DNA from: Heptranchias perlo
Taxonomy: Eukaryota
NCBI RefSeq assembly: GCF_035084215.1
Contig: NC_090331.1
Location: 25,296,001 to 25,360,000, forward strand
Reading direction: 5' to 3'
Length of the DNA: 64,000 nt
Part shown: piece after piece, positions 51,931 to 64,000 of the stretch
Layout of the letters: each line of letters opens with the position of its first letter
Position numbering within the stretch: position 1 is the first letter of the stretch
Program-made: the position numbers and the translations under genes
Notes under the pieces: model-generated
Told to the model about the DNA's origin: nothing
What the model saw: only the letters and a program-made list of their open reading frames with translations
The model's database searches: none

Positions 51931-54900
51931 TATATTATAAAATATTTATAAATTTATATATTTTATCAATTTCTTCAGAGGATGGCACACAGAACAGCTT
52001 TCAGAATGTTGCAAAAACATTTTCATGTTAGATTTCAACTATGGCTCAGACTGGGGAAAAAAGGAAACCAGTCTCTCAAATAATGTGTGCATTTATGCAC
52101 ATAGAACAGGCTGGGGTTATTAGTCCCTATTATGCATATTAAGCAAGACCATTAATTACAACACCAGGGAAATGTTCAAAGCTAAGTGAATGCCTCCTGA
52201 TGGGTACTGATATTTGGAATTTTCAGATGTGGCCCCATCTGGCATTATGTGAACCAGCCTGAACAAGCGAAAAATCACTAAAACTGGCTAGACACCCCCT
52301 TATTCAAATAACTGCTTATATTACGGGGCCTAGCCCCAATAACCTCACTATTTTGCACATAGGCAGAATATTGGTTGCAAAATTGGACATTCTTACACCT
52401 GCCTTGGATTTGTATGCAAAATGCTCTTGGGCACAGAACACGGTTAAAGTAACGTTAATTAATGAGCGAACAATCTCAGGCTAGTTCCTAGTGGGTTTGA
52501 GTCCATGGCACAAAGCAGCCTATAATTCAGTGTTAATTGGCACTAAATTGGCAGTCTTGCTCAAAGAGGCCTCAAGGATGGCTAGTGGAAATGCCACATT
52601 AAAGCACAAGGTATCCATGTGCTCTTCTAAAATTAGTTACGTGTTGTTGGATAGTGCAGAGGGATATTTATCTTGTATCTAATCTGTGCTATATGTCAGA
52701 CCTAATGCTGTGTGTAAGTGCAAGATGTGAAAAGTGCAAGACGTGAAAAAATGTTCCATTTTTCAGTTTTTGTTCACTTTGATGAACACAAAAATCTCTT
52801 TCTCTTCCTTTTCCCAGGTTTAACTACCACTTGATCGTAACAGTCCAGAATCCACTGGCACTAAGGACTTAGCACTCCAATATCAAATAAATGTGAGAGC
52901 TGAGAGCATGTGTTCTAAATTTGATAAGACAAAAATATTGAGATGGCAGGTATTGTACACTAAAGTCGTATTTAAATGAGTCAAATTAGCTGGACAGACT
53001 GCTTCAGTGACCATAGCTGTTTGGGTCAAATGTAAACATTGTTGGACTCCTTTCTTGGTGTCCATCTTGGTATTGTAGGAAACTTTCACGATGATGTGCT
53101 GGCAGTGGTCGTGAGACAACTCCTGCCAGGACCACCCTCACCTTCTCAAATGGAGGAAAATGTACGGGAATGGGAGGAAATGGGTTAAGACATAAATAAA
53201 ACATAACCATAACCAAATCCTTTCAAAAAAACTTCATAAGATGATGCATTGGATGAAGACATTATAACAAACATTTATAATAAGAAAACAAAACATCAAT
53301 AAAGCAAACACGTTAGCTATTTTGAGTTATAAACAAGTCTGAAGGGGACCAGATGTGCTTTTTAAAGAATAGAATAACAAGCTGTTGTTAGCTGCACAAA
53401 ATGTTCCATGTGGCATTTATTGGCAAATGATAACGAAAACAAGACTTCAGAACTTTGAAAAGAATAAAACAATACTTGAACCAAACACAAAGGAGGAAAA
53501 CCTAAACCTGACAAGTTTAGAAGGTGTTTCGATGATAAAAAGAAGAACCAGAATTGTGTTTGTAATTGCACTGCCTAAGTGCTAAACATCTTATTGCCTT
53601 TGGTAGCTGCACTGAACAGGCGTAGTGTCACCAATTGTGACTAGAGTTGAGTATATAGGCTTACTGATTACAACAGTTGATGGCCAAGCTCACTGAGGGG
53701 AAAGCTTGTTGATTGCACTATATATCTCTTTTAAGCAATCACATGCGCCTTTCCTACACTGTACTCCATGCGCTTTGCTGTTCCAGACACCAAGGGGTAA
53801 TCGGCCTGTGCTTCATATGGAACAAAGACCTGTGAAAATACATACAGTGGCCTGTTGCACTCTTCAATGCTACATGTCAGTATTTGTTCAGGAGGAAGCA
53901 GGATCAAAGGGAAACTTGTGATTCTACCAATACATTATTTGGCTACTACTCAGTAAACCAACGCTATACTTCCGTTCGTAGTGCTGCTTAAGTGAAAAAT
54001 GAGGTGAAGGAGGAAGAATATTAAATACTATGGGGACAGACATTTTAAGTTATTTCCCAGCATGATAATATCATCAGTAACTGACCTGGTGAATGTATAA
54101 GATCTTATGAATGCACAGAATGACAAAGTATTGTTTGTTAAAGGAATTCATCTTGTTGGCCTCAACTGATTTTTGGTATAGATGGATTGTAAAGCCATCC
54201 TACTTGTGTAGTGTAAAGTGGGACATTGTCATTTTATCTCACTCAGTGATGATAATTAGAATTGCTAATTCTAATTATATCAAAAAATGTCTCATTCCAA
54301 CTTGCAGTAGGGGTTTACTTAGAAAGAAAAAATGTCAATTTTGTATTTGAAATATCAGTTGACTCAATTTGCAGTTAGGTTGGGTTGGGAGAGAAGTTTA
54401 AAATTATACTTTCATTTCGTCACTTCCCTTATGCTCTCGAGAAGCTTTGCTGGGATTACAGTTCCATCGGTGCTGACAAGCTTCCGGTACATCGGCCAAG
54501 TCACTTATATTCATGTGATATGATATTCGATAAGAGTACATGATAACTTAGCCTGAGCAGCAGCAACTGGGGTCACTAGAACAATGACCGATTTTCCATT
54601 CCCTAATCCCAGTAGGCCCAGTTATACCTCTGTACTGGCTGAGATCAGCTGACTCTGCAATAACCAGGGATCAAACATACAAACTTTCGGGTTTGTATGA
54701 CTTTACTACTCACTGCCTTTACTAGCTGAGCCATTGGAGGAACTATATTAATACGGCATTTCGATCTGTTCTCCTGTAATTTTATTTAAATGAAAAAAAA
54801 GTAATTTTCTTTTGTTTCTACTTATTACTTCAAATGCTATTTTTTTTCTCCCTCAGTTTTTTCCCTCTCCTTTCCCAAATATGCTGACAATTCCACAGGT

Positions 54901-56344
54901 GCTGACTGCCTGCCAGCACCTCTCCCAAGTGGCCATTGGTCATGTCTGAGTCTAAACATTGGTGCCTGCATGATATTTGACCACGAGGGGCATCACAGCT
55001 GAGTCCTCACCCAACATCTACCCACAAGCACTTTCTAGCAGGAGCCACTGGTTTGTGATCAGGAGTGAGGGCCTTGGCTGATTTTACCTCTTTCCCTAGC
55101 CCAGGAGCGCTGAGGGCAATTGTACTGGCACTCAGGCTGAGCTCAGCAAACTCAGGCTGCTTTTCTAAAGAGTTCTACTGATCATACATATCATGTTACT
55201 CTCTTGTTCAAATATTGCCAAGCCTCAGCACATGTGTGGCTGATAACCTTGAAACAGGAAATTGTGACAACACTGAGGCAGAATTAACAGCTCAGCTACA
55301 GCATTTAGTATAACTGTAGAATCCTTGGACGGTATAGTAACATATTCTTTGGCATTCTATAGGGAAAATGAATCTAATTGGATATTTGATAAATATTAGC
55401 TGCATATTTTAGCAGTACTTATAGAGTTAAAACAAGCTAACAAGAAAGAAACTAACTAGTGCTTCAGTGTGCATTTAAATAAAGTCCAAGGTAACTGAAA
55501 AAAACTTGCACAAATCAATTGGATTATATTACTGGCATGTTTGCAACATTGGAAGGAGATAAATATACAAGGCAGAAACAAAATAATTTGTCAAAGATAA
55601 AATATGTGGGGTGTTCTGTTATGAACTGTATATGAATCCCAAAAAAATACATGCCAAATTAAACACAAACAGGATACTGCTTCTTAAAAATTATAGCCTA
55701 ATAGCACTAAGCAAGAATTCATCTTTACGGAGAAAGGCTTTGTACACCCATTAGTCTTTTGGCAACAGACAGAAAAGTAATATAAATTTAATAACATAAA
55801 AGAGGGGGAAAGGAAATGCCAAAGCTATTCCTTGTCAAGCACAACTGGAAAGAGCAGTGATCCATCAATTTAAGATTATTATAGAGACAATCTATAATCC
55901 TAGGCTAAAGATGCTGGAACGTAGAATTATGAACCATAGTTGCTCGCAGTGTGTAATATTTTCCAAAGGCCAGCTGAAAAAGCGTTGCTAATTCAGAGAA
56001 GCCATTGCATGCATAAGTCATGTGCTCATTTTATAGCAAATCAAACACCCTGTTGCATGATTAAAGGCTGCTGCTTTTAGATGTACATTATTACTTGATG
56101 GGATGGGTGATTTTTTTATTAATCCACAGGTTTCCTGTTGAGAGGCAGCAGTCCCTCACGTAATCCTGTGACTGCAAAAACTATTTGAACATTGCATTGT
56201 GCACACCAACATACCTTGTAATTTGCAACAAAAGTGTTGCAATTGAACTTTGCTAAAAGCCAGCTATCAACAACAACGTATACTTATAAAATGGTTTTTG
56301 GGTAAGAGTCTCAACAAGAGGAAATAGTGGGCATGAAAACATCA

Positions 56345-56499
56345 ATCTGAATTTATATAGTGTCTCCTATCATGTTCTCAGGACATCCGAAAGTGCTTTA
56401 TAACCAATAGATAATTTTTGAAGTACTGTCACGATTATGTAGGCACAGGACATAGCCAATTTATGCACAGCAAGGCGCCACAAAAAACAAATGAATGAA
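56345..56499 (-). mobile_element. SINE 3' tail fragment
   Basis: Homologous to 4405-4555. Confidence 0.65.
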
Positions 56500-58435
56500 T
56501 TACATAGAATGTGCAGCACAGAAACAGGCCATTCGGTCCAACAGGTTCATGCCGGTGTTTATGTTCCACACGAACCTCCTCCCACCCTTCTTCATCTAAC
56601 CCATCAACATATCGTTCTATTCCTTTCTCCCTCGTGCTTATCTAGCTTCCCTATAAATGCATCTATAGTAGTCACCTCAATTACTCCGTGTACTAGCGAG
56701 TTCCACATTCTAACCACTCTCTGGGTAAAGAAGTTTCTTCTGAATTCCCTATTGGATTTATTAGTGACTATCTTATATTTAGGGCCCCTAGTTCTGGTCT
56801 CCCCCACAAGTGGAAACATCTTCTCTACATCTACCCTATCAAACCCTTTCATAATCTTAAAGACCTCTATCAGATCACCCCTCAGTCTTCTCTTTTCTAG
56901 AGAAAAGAGCCCCAGCGTGTTCAATCTTTCCTGATGTGTATAACCTTTCAATTCTGGTATCATCCTAGTAAATCTTTTTTGCACCTTCTCCATGCCTCTT
57001 TATCCTTTTTATAATATGGAGACCAGAACTGTGCACAGTACTCCAAGTGTGGTCTAACCAAGGTTGTATACAAGTTTAACATAACTTCCCTGCTTTTCAA
57101 TTCTATCCCTCTAGAAATGAACCCCAGTGCTTTGTTTGCTTTTTTAATGGCCTTATTAACCTGCATTGCAACTTTCAGTGATTTGTGTCTCTGTACCCCC
57201 AAATCCCTCTGCTCCTCTACCCCATTTAGACCCTTATTTTCCAAGGAGTATGTGGCCTCCCTATTCTTCCTACCAAAATGTACCATCTCACACCTTTTTT
57301 TTGTTCGTTCATGGGATGTGGGTGTCGCTGGTGAGGCCAGCATTTATTGCCCATCCCTAATTGCCCTTGAGAAGGTGGTGGTGAGCCGCCTTCTAGAACC
57401 GCTGCAGTCTGTGTGGTGAAGATTCTCCCACAGTGCTGTTAGGCAGGGAGTTCCAGGATTTTGACCCAGCGACGATGAAGGAACGGCGATATATTTCCAA
57501 CACATATCTATATTGAAATTAATTTGCCAATTACATGCCCATTCTGCAAGTCTATTAATGTCTTCCTGTATTTTGTCGCAGTCATCCTCAGTATTAACTA
57601 TACCCCCGCCACCAAATTTGGTGGTGTCCACAAATTATGAAATTGCACTTCCAATTCCCGAGTCCAAATCGTTGATGTAAATTGTGAACAACAGTGGTCC
57701 AAGCACCAATCCTTGTGGAACACCACTTCCTACCTTTTGCCAGTCTAAGTAACTACCTTTAACCCCTACTCTCTGATTTCTGTTTTGTAGCCAGCTTGCT
57801 ATCCATTCTGCAACTTGTCCCCTGACTCCACACGCTCTGACCTTAGTCATGAGTCTACTTTGCGGTACCTTATCGGAGGCCTTTTGAAAATCCAAATATA
57901 TTACATCTACTGCATTACCCTTGTCTATCCTTTCTGTTACTTCTTAAAAGATTTCAACAAGGCTGCTCAAGCATGACCTTCGCTTTTGAAATTCTTGCTG
58001 ACTATTCTTTATTATATTTTCAGTTTCCAGATGTTTTTCTATTACATCTTTGAGTAAGGATTCAATTATCTTTCCTGCCACCGACGTTAATCCAATTGGT
58101 CTATTGGACTTGTTCTATCTCCCTTTTAAATATAGGAATCACATTAGCTGTCCGCCAGTCCTCTGGCACTATTCCCTTTTCTAATGAATTTTTATACATA
58201 TGTAATCGCGCCTCTGCTATCTCTTCCCTAATTTCTTTTAATATGCACAGATGCAATCTACCCGGACCAGGGGTTTAAGCCTCTCTAAGTTTGATTCGTT
58301 TATCAATTATCTCCCCCTTTTTATCTTAAATGTCTTTATATCTTTTTTGATCTCTTCTTCTAATGTTATGTCCACCATGTTCGTCTCCCTGGTAAATACT
58401 AAGGCAAAGTAATTATTTAATATTTCTGCCATTTT
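56500..58435 (-). mobile_element. CR1 LINE ORF2 fragment with nested family-B 3' end (57295-57500)
   Basis: LGLFSLEKRRLRGDLIEVFKI, LVRPHLEYCAQFWSP, SGVPQGLVLGPLLFTIYINDLD. Confidence 0.92.
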
Positions 58436-58549
58436 GCCTTCCTATGGTATGAAATGGAACTCCTCCTTCCCACACCACTCTTTCAGCCACACATTCACCA
58501 TTCTGATCTGCCTATCCCTATGCTAATTTAGTTCCTAGATAGTCCCTTA

Positions 58550-58770
58550 GCGGGACCACCTCCTCCTTTCTTATGTCATTGGTGCCGACATTCACCATGA
58601 CAACTGGATCCTCCTGCTCCCTTTCCAAGTTCCTCTCCAGTTGCTTCGAGATGTCCTTTACCCTTGCACCAGGTAGGCAACACACCCTCCTGGACTCTTG
58701 GTCGCAAATGCAGAGGACACTATCCCCCTGATAATAGAATCCCCTATTACTACAACCTTTCCATTCTGAT
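58550..58770 (-). pseudogene. CR1 ORF1 SGNH-esterase remnant
   Basis: The reverse strand reads GDSIIRG ... LPGARVKDISKQLERNLEREQEDPVVMVNVGTNDI across broken frames. Confidence 0.65.
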
Positions 58771-59419
58771 CCTCTCCTCCTTGGACTGCCTCATGCTCCA
58801 TGGTGCCACGGTTAACATTCTGGACATCCTCCCTGCAGCCTTCATCCTTATCCTTACAGGTATCAACTACTTCATACCTGTTGGATAGGATCAGTGTCCT
58901 TCCCTACCTCCCTAGGTTCTCATACCCTGCTGACTAACATCCCCTTCCCTTTTGTGTCGGAGTGTCTCTAACTCGCACTCCAGCCAGACTGTCTCAATCC
59001 AAAGACATTTACTGCAGATGTGGCAATCCAGGACAGTCTTGCTGTCAGAAACTCCCACTATTACAGTCCCGACTCACACCCTGCACTGCCATTTCTAGTT
59101 TTTATTTATGTGTAGTTTATTTCTAGGATTAATAGAATCACTTGAGATCTAGATTATATTTAATAAATGGATTTAGCTTGATTTTGGAATAATTAGGGAG
59201 TAGTCTTTTTTTCATTTTACATCTTTATTTTAATTTAAATTTTAAAAATTGATAGATTAGTTTATGGTCTTTTGGTTGAAATCACTGAGCACTTCCTTCC
59301 CCCTCTGCACCTAATTCCCACGCTCATCAAATTCCCAGTTGAAAGTCCTCACATTGTTAGCAATTCACTCCGTTAGAAGTCCACTCTCTGTCCTTACCAA
59401 CCCCTATGCTCAAGCTCTG

Positions 59420-59720
59420 TGATAACCAGTTAATCTGTTTTTGGTGGTGTTGGTTGAGGGATGAATGTTTACCAGGACTCTGGGAGAATTCTCTGCTATT
59501 TCTCAAATAGTGACATAGGATCTTCGAAATCTACCTTGGCAGGCAGACAGGGCCCCAGTTTAACATTTCATCCAAATGATGCCACCTCTGACAACGCAGC
59601 ACTTCCTCAGTGCAGCACTGAATTGTCAGCCATAGATTATGTGCTCAAGTTCCTGATAGGACTTAAGCCACAAGCGTCTGACCTATAGGTGAGAGTTCCA
59701 CCACCTGAGTCAAGCTGATA
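59420..59720 (-). mobile_element. tRNA-derived Deu-type SINE
   Basis: Homologous to 4555-4834. Confidence 0.7.
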
Positions 59721-60049
59721 CTATCAAGCAGGATGTGAGGTTTAGGAGACCGAACACAAGATCAAAGAAAGTGGTTTTGGAAGAGAATTTGAGAGGCTTA
59801 ACAGCATGGTGCCGGAAAACAAGCTCCCATTGTTAACTTTACAAAGTGGGAACATTTGGTTACCTGGAAGGTAAGTTTCTGCAGAGGTTGCCCCGCTCAT
59901 TCACAGTAACACTGGCAGAAAAGCTGCGTAAACCCCAGAGAAAGTATGTAAACACCATTTACGCCATTTTTCCAGGGTTCAGCAGCTCTTGGATTATTTG
60001 TAAGGAATCTTACAACACCAGGTTATAGTCCAACAGTTTTATTTGAAAA

Positions 60050-60086
60050 TCACAAGCTTTCGGAGGCTTTCTCCTTCATCAGGTGA
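60050..60086 (-). ncRNA. Minimal hammerhead-ribozyme-like motif
   Basis: Reverse complement of 61677-61713. Confidence 0.7.
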
Positions 60087-61676
60087 GTGTGGGATTCCTT
60101 GAAGGTTACCGCATATATAGTCAGAGAACAATGCCTGATGATTACAGATAATCTTTCCAACTGCCCGTTGTCAAGGCAATCAGACAGAGAGACAGTACAT
60201 ACAGGACTACTGAATATACAAACGGTCCAAACCCAAAGACAGAGAGAGAGCGAGAGAAACATCCGAAAGGAAGAGAAAGAGAGAGAATGACCAGTTGTAT
60301 TAAAAACAGATAACTCTTTTTTCGCTGGTGGGGTTACGTGTAGCGTGACATGAACCCAAGATCCTGGTTGAGGCCGTCCTCATGGGTGCGGAACTTGGCT
60401 ATCAATTTCTGCTCGACGATTTTGCGTTGTCGTGTGTCTCGAAGGCCGCCTTGGAGAACGCTTACCCAAAGATCGGTGGCTGAATGTCCTTGACTGCTGA
60501 AGTGTTCCCCGACTGGGAGGGAACCCTCCTGTCTGGCGATTGTTGCGCGGTGTCCGTTCATCCGTTGTCGCAGTGTCTGCATGGTCTCTCCAATGTACCA
60601 CGCTCCGGGGCATCCTTTCCTGCAACGTATGAGGTAGACAACGTTGGCTGAGTCACAGGAGTATGAACCATGTACCTGGTGGGTGGTGTCCTCTCATGTG
60701 ATGGTGGTATCTGTGTCGATGATCTGGCATGTCTTGCAGAGGTTGCTGTGGCAGGGTTGTGTGGTGTCGTGGACGCTGTTCTCCTGAAAGCTGGGTAATT
60801 TGCTGCGAACGATGGTCTGTTTGAGGTTGGGTGGCTGTTTGAAGGTGAGTAGTGGAGGCGTGGGGATGGCCTTAGGGAGGTGTTCGTCGTCATCGATGAC
60901 ATGTTGAAGGCTGCGGAGAACATGGCGTAGTTTCTCCGCTCCGGGGAAGTACTGGATGACGAAGGGTACTCTGTTGGTTGCGTCCCGTGTTTGTCTTCTG
61001 AGGAGGTCTATGAGATTTTTTGCTGTGGCCCGTCGGAACTGTCGATTGACGAGTTGGGCGTCATATCCCGTTCTTACACCAGCCACCAGGTACATGGTTC
61101 ATACTCCTGTGACTTGGCCAACATTGTCTACCTCATACGTTGCAGGAAAGGATGCCCCGGAGCATGGTACATTGGCAAGACCATGCAGACACTGCGACAA
61201 CGGATGAACGGACACCGCGCAACAATCGCCAGACAGGAGGGTTCCCTCCCAGTCGGGGAACACTTCAGCAGTCAAGGACATTCAGCCACCGATCTTCGGG
61301 TAAGCGTTCTCCAAGGCGGCCTTCGAGACACACGACAACGCAAAATCGTCGAGCAGAAATTGAAAGCCAAGTTCCGCACCCATGAGGACGGCCTCAACCA
61401 GGATCTTGGGTTCATGTCACGCTACACGTAACCCCACCAGCGAAAAAAGAGTTATCTGTTTTTAATACAACTGGTCATTCTCTCTCTCTTCCTTTCGGAT
61501 GTTTCTCTCGCTCTCTCTCTCTGTCTTTGGGTTCGGACCATTTGTATATTCAGTAGTCCTGTATGTACTGTCTCTCTGTCTGATTGCCTTGACAACGGGC
61601 AGTTGGAAAGATTATCTGTAATCACCAGGCATTGTTCTCTGATTATATATGCGGTAACCTTCAAGGAATCCCACAC

Positions 61677-61713
61677 TCACCTGATGAAGGAGAAAGCCTC
61701 CGAAAGCTTGTGA
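61677..61713 (+). ncRNA. Minimal hammerhead-ribozyme-like motif
   Basis: UCAC-CUGAUGA-A-GGAG(AAAGC)CUCC-GAAA-GC-UU-GUGA. Stem I is UCAC/GUGA. Confidence 0.7.
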
Positions 61714-62818
61714 TTTTCAAATAAAACTGTTGGACTATAACCTGGTGTTGTAAGATTCCTTACATTTGTCCACTCCAGTCCATCACCGACATCTCCACAT
61801 CATGGATTATTTGTGCTATTGAAAGTCAAGAGCTGTACCAATAAGAAGCAATTACAGCCGTGCCTGTTAGAAACTGTATTTAAGAAGCAATAAGCAGTTA
61901 GATACAGGCAATATTTCTTTCTCATTTAACTAAAGGATTAATTTTAAAGATCTAAAAATATCTAATTTTGGAATGAAAATGAAAATCGAATTTTAACTGC
62001 TGATGGGATATGGTGGAAGAATTACACCTCCGTGTTTTGATAAGGGAACAAAACCTCAGCTTCAGAACATCTTTTGATTAGGGCACTTCTTTTATATTAT
62101 AGGATGTTTACAAAACCCCAGTTATAGAAAGACCTGAAGTAATTTTTTTCATGGGGACTAAACAGTCCCTAAATCTAAACCGTCAGTCCTACACATATGT
62201 ACATGTGGAACAGCATCTTACCAAAATTATGTCATTAAATACCAAGTTCCATTGATGAGTTGATTGGGACGAAACAAAAGCAAAACTTTCAAACTGAAAA
62301 TCAAGCTATTATTCAATTGCTTGGTCCACCCACATTTGAATGGGGGACCTGGTGTTGTAGTAGCAGAAGACTAGGTGACTGTAAATCAATTGAAATTTGT
62401 TTACTTAAAAAGATCAGTTGCTGCTGTTGGTGGTAAAATCTCTATGTTCTGTTGCAATCAAAGCCAAACAAAGCAACATCACTTCTTTAATTTTAGCTGG
62501 TGCTAAAGTAAGTTAATGGACATAAATCAGGCACCATGGGCCTGCGAATTCCTGATGAGCAAGTGCCACTCCTTGCTGGAAGTGCCCAATTGTGGAATCG
62601 TCCCTTTATTTTATTTTTATTGGGCTGCTTCATTATTATGTTTAATAATCTGACAAAAATGTTGTAGCCAAAATCAAACTGCTTATTCAACTTCTAAAGC
62701 CTGCAATTATCTCTGCATGGTGGAAATATTAGGTTGACCAGAAAGTGTAGGTGTGGTATAGATATGACTGAAATGTCTTTCCCTATCTCACAATAACTTT
62801 GTCAGCACTGAGATCATA

Positions 62819-64000
62819 GGGGCTATATTGGATAGCCCCAAAAAATGGGCGCTGGGGTCGCAGTGCCCGGTCGTAGCGATGCAGGCGGCACGTAAATTTG
62901 TGCTGCCTGATGATTTTAGTGATTGCTGCATGCAGCCAGTGCTGCCTGCGATGTTGATTGGTTGCACGCCCCAGCAGGGGGCCCTGACATCCGAAGCATC
63001 TAGCTGTACTTAAAGGCAGCCTGTACCTCTTAAAGGGGAGCTGCACTGTGGCTGCAGGAAGTCATTTGGGAAACACTGGAAGATATTGAAGAATGGCTGC
63101 GCCTGGGAGAGAGCATGCACCAAGGTTCTCGGACGGTGCATTAAAGGCCTTGGTGGAAGAGGTGGACAGACGGAGGGCCATCCTATATCTGCAGAGGGGC
63201 AGGAGCATCGCTCCATGCACATGGATGCAGTGCAGGAAGAAGTTCAATGATTGACACGAGTGGTCAAGGTGAGTGCGTTCAACTGTCACGTGGCATATCC
63301 TATCTACTGCACCACTAGCCTCATCCATTGCTCCATGCACTACACCCCCTGTCACCCACCTACCAACAATTAGTACGCAACCCTGCGAATCAGATGCTGC
63401 ATCTCACCCTCACACATTACCACTCTTGCAAGCTGCACACTCACAACTCACAGATCACCCACACTGGCAGCTATTCAACCATGGCAGCCACATCACCTAA
63501 ACACCTTGTAGGACACTCACTGACAAACTTCCCTCTTTCTTCTAAGAGAAGGTGGCACACAACGCTAGGTAGCAGGAAAGAACTGGGGGAGGACAAGCAC
63601 GCCCACGTGTCCTCACCTCCATGGAGGAGGCAGTACTCTCCATCATTGGAAGGGCCATCGCTGAGGCCGTGGCCACTGGTGGTGCTGGAGGTATCGATGA
63701 TGAGGGTCTCTGCATATCTAAACCTCCTTCTCGCTTCCCACTTCTCCATCAGCCCACAAACTTTTCTGACTCACGTGCTGCAGATGGTGTAAGCATGCAT
63801 GTCTTACTTTCTCCTCTCCGCTCACCAAGACTCAACCCATGTCCCTTTGTCACTTTGTCACTTCAGATACCCAAGAACTGGAACCTGCTCAGTCAAAGGA
63901 GGTAGAGGCAGATGACAGTGATGATGCAGACACACCGTCACTCGATCTTACTCTCGCAGCCACCAGCTCAGATACAGACACTGTACGTACTTTAGAGGCT
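62819..64000 (+). mobile_element. Harbinger remnant with degraded Myb/SANT-like gene, running off the window end
   Basis: ATG at 63093 gives MAAPGREHAPRFSDGALKALVEEVDRRRAILY...QCRKKFND..RVVK|gtgag (donor 63269). Later exon-like segments at ~63547 and ~63867. Confidence 0.75.

Larger units (their letters stand above)
60000..61802. mobile_element. Penelope-like element subfamily B, tail-out palindromic insertion
   Basis: Minus arm 60000-61077 and plus arm ~61076-61802, with ~690 bp mirrored. GIY-YIG on both strands. TSD tggattatttgt at 59990-60001 and 61803-61814. The 3'UTR differs from subfamily A. Confidence 0.93.

Noticed and set aside
52716-52750. 16-bp tandem duplication (also 8597-8619)
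   Set aside because: Ordinary slippage duplications with no further structure.
52883-53585. Upstream ARHGAP15 exon among the short ORFs
   Set aside because: No RhoGAP-like sequence recognised. The preceding exon is probably beyond the window, though I may have missed a short exon.
1-64000. CRISPR array or prokaryotic system
   Set aside because: No regularly spaced repeat-spacer array or operon structure. The content is vertebrate repeats and a spliced exon.

Overview
Eukaryotic, repeat-dense vertebrate DNA, most likely from a cartilaginous fish (inferred from the CR1, Deu-type SINE, Neptune and Harbinger repertoire). The only host coding sequence I can support is the terminal exon of ARHGAP15 (minus strand, 46414-46597). 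The sequence to its right is therefore inferred to be the last intron, and the sequence to its left 3'UTR/intergenic DNA with repeat-free, enhancer-like blocks. The rest is nested mobile DNA: CR1, L2 and L1-like LINE fragments, SINEs, a solo LTR, and PIF/Harbinger remnants and MITEs. The most striking signal is four young Penelope-like (Neptune-type GIY-YIG) insertions. Three are tail-out palindromes (arms of 1260 bp, ~690 bp and 43 bp) with 12-13 bp target duplications and the same asymmetric ends. The long arms carry minimal hammerhead-ribozyme motifs, and the 132-bp miniature stops at the predicted self-cleavage site. Family assignments come from motif recognition, not database searches.
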